This document shows, piece after piece, positions 61,201 through 64,000 of a stretch of 64,000 nt of DNA; position 1 is the stretch's first letter; each line of letters begins with the position of its first letter. The translations under genes and the position numbers were made by a program. Below the pieces are notes generated by a model. The model searched no databases and had not been told where the DNA came from. It worked only from the letters and a program-made list of their open reading frames with translations. Source of the stretch: Perna viridis (Eukaryota); assembly GCA_037379345.1 (NCBI GenBank), contig CM074519.1:6572001-6636000 (forward strand), read 5' to 3'.

Positions 61201-64000
61201 ATGACTAAAGGATTGTCCAATATGCATTGGAGGTACCTGACAAACCGTTTTGAGGGAAAGAGAGAATCAATGCGGCAAAAGTGGCCTTGTTTACATTTGC
61301 TTGTCACGATCGAATGATTGAGAAACGTTTGCTTTAACCTCTGTAAACAAGCAACCACTTAAAGGCTGGTCAATTTTAGCACCGACTGCTCATATTGCTA
61401 TATAGATTAACAAAATTGTCATTCATATTAGAGTCCTTTATTTACGCTACCTTCTTTCTCGCAGGAAATGACCGTAAATTAACAAACGTCTGCGTTTGAA
61501 AAAAAATGTGAATTCGGCATAGAATCCGTAAAACCTACATGTACGTTAGGGATTAGATTCGGTGTAAAGGGACTTTGGAGAGTAGACATGTTTTCGTATT
61601 ATTCAGGGTTTGGTTTAAACAGGATTCAGTGGCAGATCCAGCCCCCCCCCCTAGAAAAAAATTGTTGTAAAATAGTGTGTTAAATCATGAAAAACACTCA
61701 CTTCGTGATCCTCACCGGTGATCCTGTCAAGAAATTTTGTTTACCCCTCCCCCCTTACCTAAAACTCTGGGATTCACTGTAAATTACCGCCACTTCACTA
61801 TAAAGTAGTTGTTATAGGAGCTAACTTAGTTCAGAGGCCTTGAAAACAGCTTTAAATATGACAGTTGCAACTTAATGAATGACCATAAATATAGCTTCTT
61901 CCTATGGCCATGCTTGCTATACAGTGCGTAAGGAACCGGACACTAAACATGTATATGGCCTACAACATTTTAAGTGACAACTGCTGAACGAAAAAAAACA
62001 TTTCCTGCAAAAGCAATTATATTGATATTTTAGGTACATAAGCATGACTATCGTATACATTAAAATATGACAATGAAATGAGAATAATTATACTTAGTTT
62101 TTTTATTAATATACATATACATTATCTGCTCTTGTGGCAATAATAATATGGTGCAACTTTTATCATGTGTCAAAAGCACAAAATACATATTTACTCCAAT
62201 CGAGTAAATTTAAAGTTCAATTTATGCGGCCTCTATAAAACTCTGTAAATTTTTAATAAGTACTATTAGATGTTAAGTCAGAAAATGATTGATCTAAAAT
62301 GGTATCCAACTTGGATGTATAACGCTCTAATAATCCGATATAAAATACGTAGTTGAAAACTAGTTCAACAGTGCATGGTACATTTATTAGTACATGGATA
62401 GCAGAGTACAGAAGGGTTGTTTATCTGACATTTAAAGACACAAATAAAGTGCAATTAGGTTAATTGAAATGTTAGCAATTACTATCTTTAAAAAAAGATA
62501 GCCGACGCAGTAAAATTTGTTTTCTTTAATGTTACTTATAATTTTCTACAGCAATTTTCGATACAATTTTTTCGAACGCCACTAAGTTATCAGGATTTGG
62601 TCAATCGAGAAACACAATTGCGATCAGGTGACTTGCGTTTCCATGGAAGAGCGTCTTTAAGGTCAAAGGGTAAAAAGCGAAACTATACCGACTGCGTCGG
62701 AAAAATGTAAAAAAAAATAAATATTTTTAATTCAGTGTTATCATAGGTTCTACTACTATATGTATAATTCATCCAATGGGCTAGTCTTATACAAATTTAG
62801 TACACCTCCTCCTCAGACCTAAAACCGCTTCCTGATTTACTATGTATTATTTGGTTAAATTTGGAAGCACCTGTGCGTTTCTGAATACTGCCGAACTCGC
62901 TTAGTCTAGCGTATGTTGTCTAGGAACTTATTTGTTTTATAAAATTATATTTTTGTATAATACAAGAGGAAATAAATGTAGCCCTGGATAAATATGGTGA
63001 ACAATGATACAATATACACATGCAAAGTTATTATAAATATCCATCGGAACAAGGGAAAGTCGAGAAAAACACAACAGATATCAAGCAAACAAGACACGAT
63101 TGGTATCCATACAACAATAAAATATAAATCAAATCAAGGTACTATTGTGCTGAATCAATTTATATCTATTGTTTAAATTTTTGCGCTTCAAACAATCGTC
63201 AAAAATAAGGATAAGATAAAAGCAAAGAACCGGGGTCGTTTTTAAACGTATTTAAACACAAGTTTGTTGTTGCAAATTGTTATTATTATTTAAATACGCA
63301 TTCTTATGACGATCAATTTATCTTTAGAGTATCACATTAAAATTCAATTGGCACCTTAGTAGTGTGCCAGTTACTGTGATATTTAGGTTTGTGGTCGGTT
63401 TACATGGAATACCTAGATGAAATAACACAAAACTCACTGATATCCTGCATAATTGAACTAAAACTACTAGTTGGCCTTTTTTAGTTTATATATCATCAAG
63501 TCGGAATTCAATTTAGCGAACTCCAGATCGAAACTGTCAGTCAAATTATTCAAACTTGAGCCACAATCGTTGAAATCAAACCTGACCTTATTTACATGTA
63601 CATGAAATCCTGATCTATCTACAACGTATTCTCAGTTGATAAGCTATTATACAATTTAAGTGTTACAAATTGTCTCATAGACACCCATACAGATGATTAA
63701 CAAAGCAATAACACCATACCAAAGACTGACACCATTCCGTAGAAAATTGAATGATCAAAATAACCATGCCACCGTCTTTGCAAAGTTCTATTTTATTTGA
63801 CATTTCTTTTTCCGATAGCCGTGCTTAAATTCTTTTGAAATTAAGAAAAGAATGCGTCATCTGGATTAGAACTATCGCTGCTTTGCATTTGAGATTAGTC
63901 TATAAACACAGTACGTGGAAGTTGTAAAGCAGCTACTCGGCGAAGAAGTTTCAATGGAAAGCCAAGAGTAACAAAAATAAAATAATTATTCGATCAATAG

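Noticed and set aside
49000-64000. Upstream PDZ-encoding NOS exons or another gene
   Set aside because: No PDZ-like or other recognisable coding sequence seen; small exons or exons beyond the window cannot be excluded

Overview
AT-rich eukaryotic genomic DNA, most likely a bivalve mollusc (inferred from repeat types and intron style). The main feature is a complete nitric oxide synthase (NOS) gene on the minus strand. I could reconstruct 24 coding exons by hand (48823 down to 23156): all introns are GT-AG, phases are consistent, and the total is 3849 nt, about 1282 aa. The heme-Cys, BH4, CaM, FMN, FAD and NADPH motifs are all present. The enzyme is atypical in several independent ways: no PDZ domain (a ~200-aa low-complexity N-terminus instead), a CX3C zinc motif, a shortened autoinhibitory insert, a hydrophobic iNOS-like CaM site, a C-terminal tail of only 6 residues, and substitutions in the substrate pocket. 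A proximal promoter is visible, and a 3x101-bp intron-1 repeat carries STAT/IRF/kB-like motifs. Together these suggest a de-repressed, inducible, high-output NOS (inference). The left part holds a tandemly duplicated intronless class A GPCR (sex-peptide/myosuppressin/FMRFamide-receptor-like) with a long ectodomain; the full copy is a pseudogene and a paralog starts at the window edge. Also present: a decayed CR1-type LINE interrupted by a Penelope GIY-YIG fragment, a long-TIR element, two SINE-like retroposons with 12-bp TSDs and a structured non-tRNA head, and many MITEs and minisatellites. All coordinates were read by eye.
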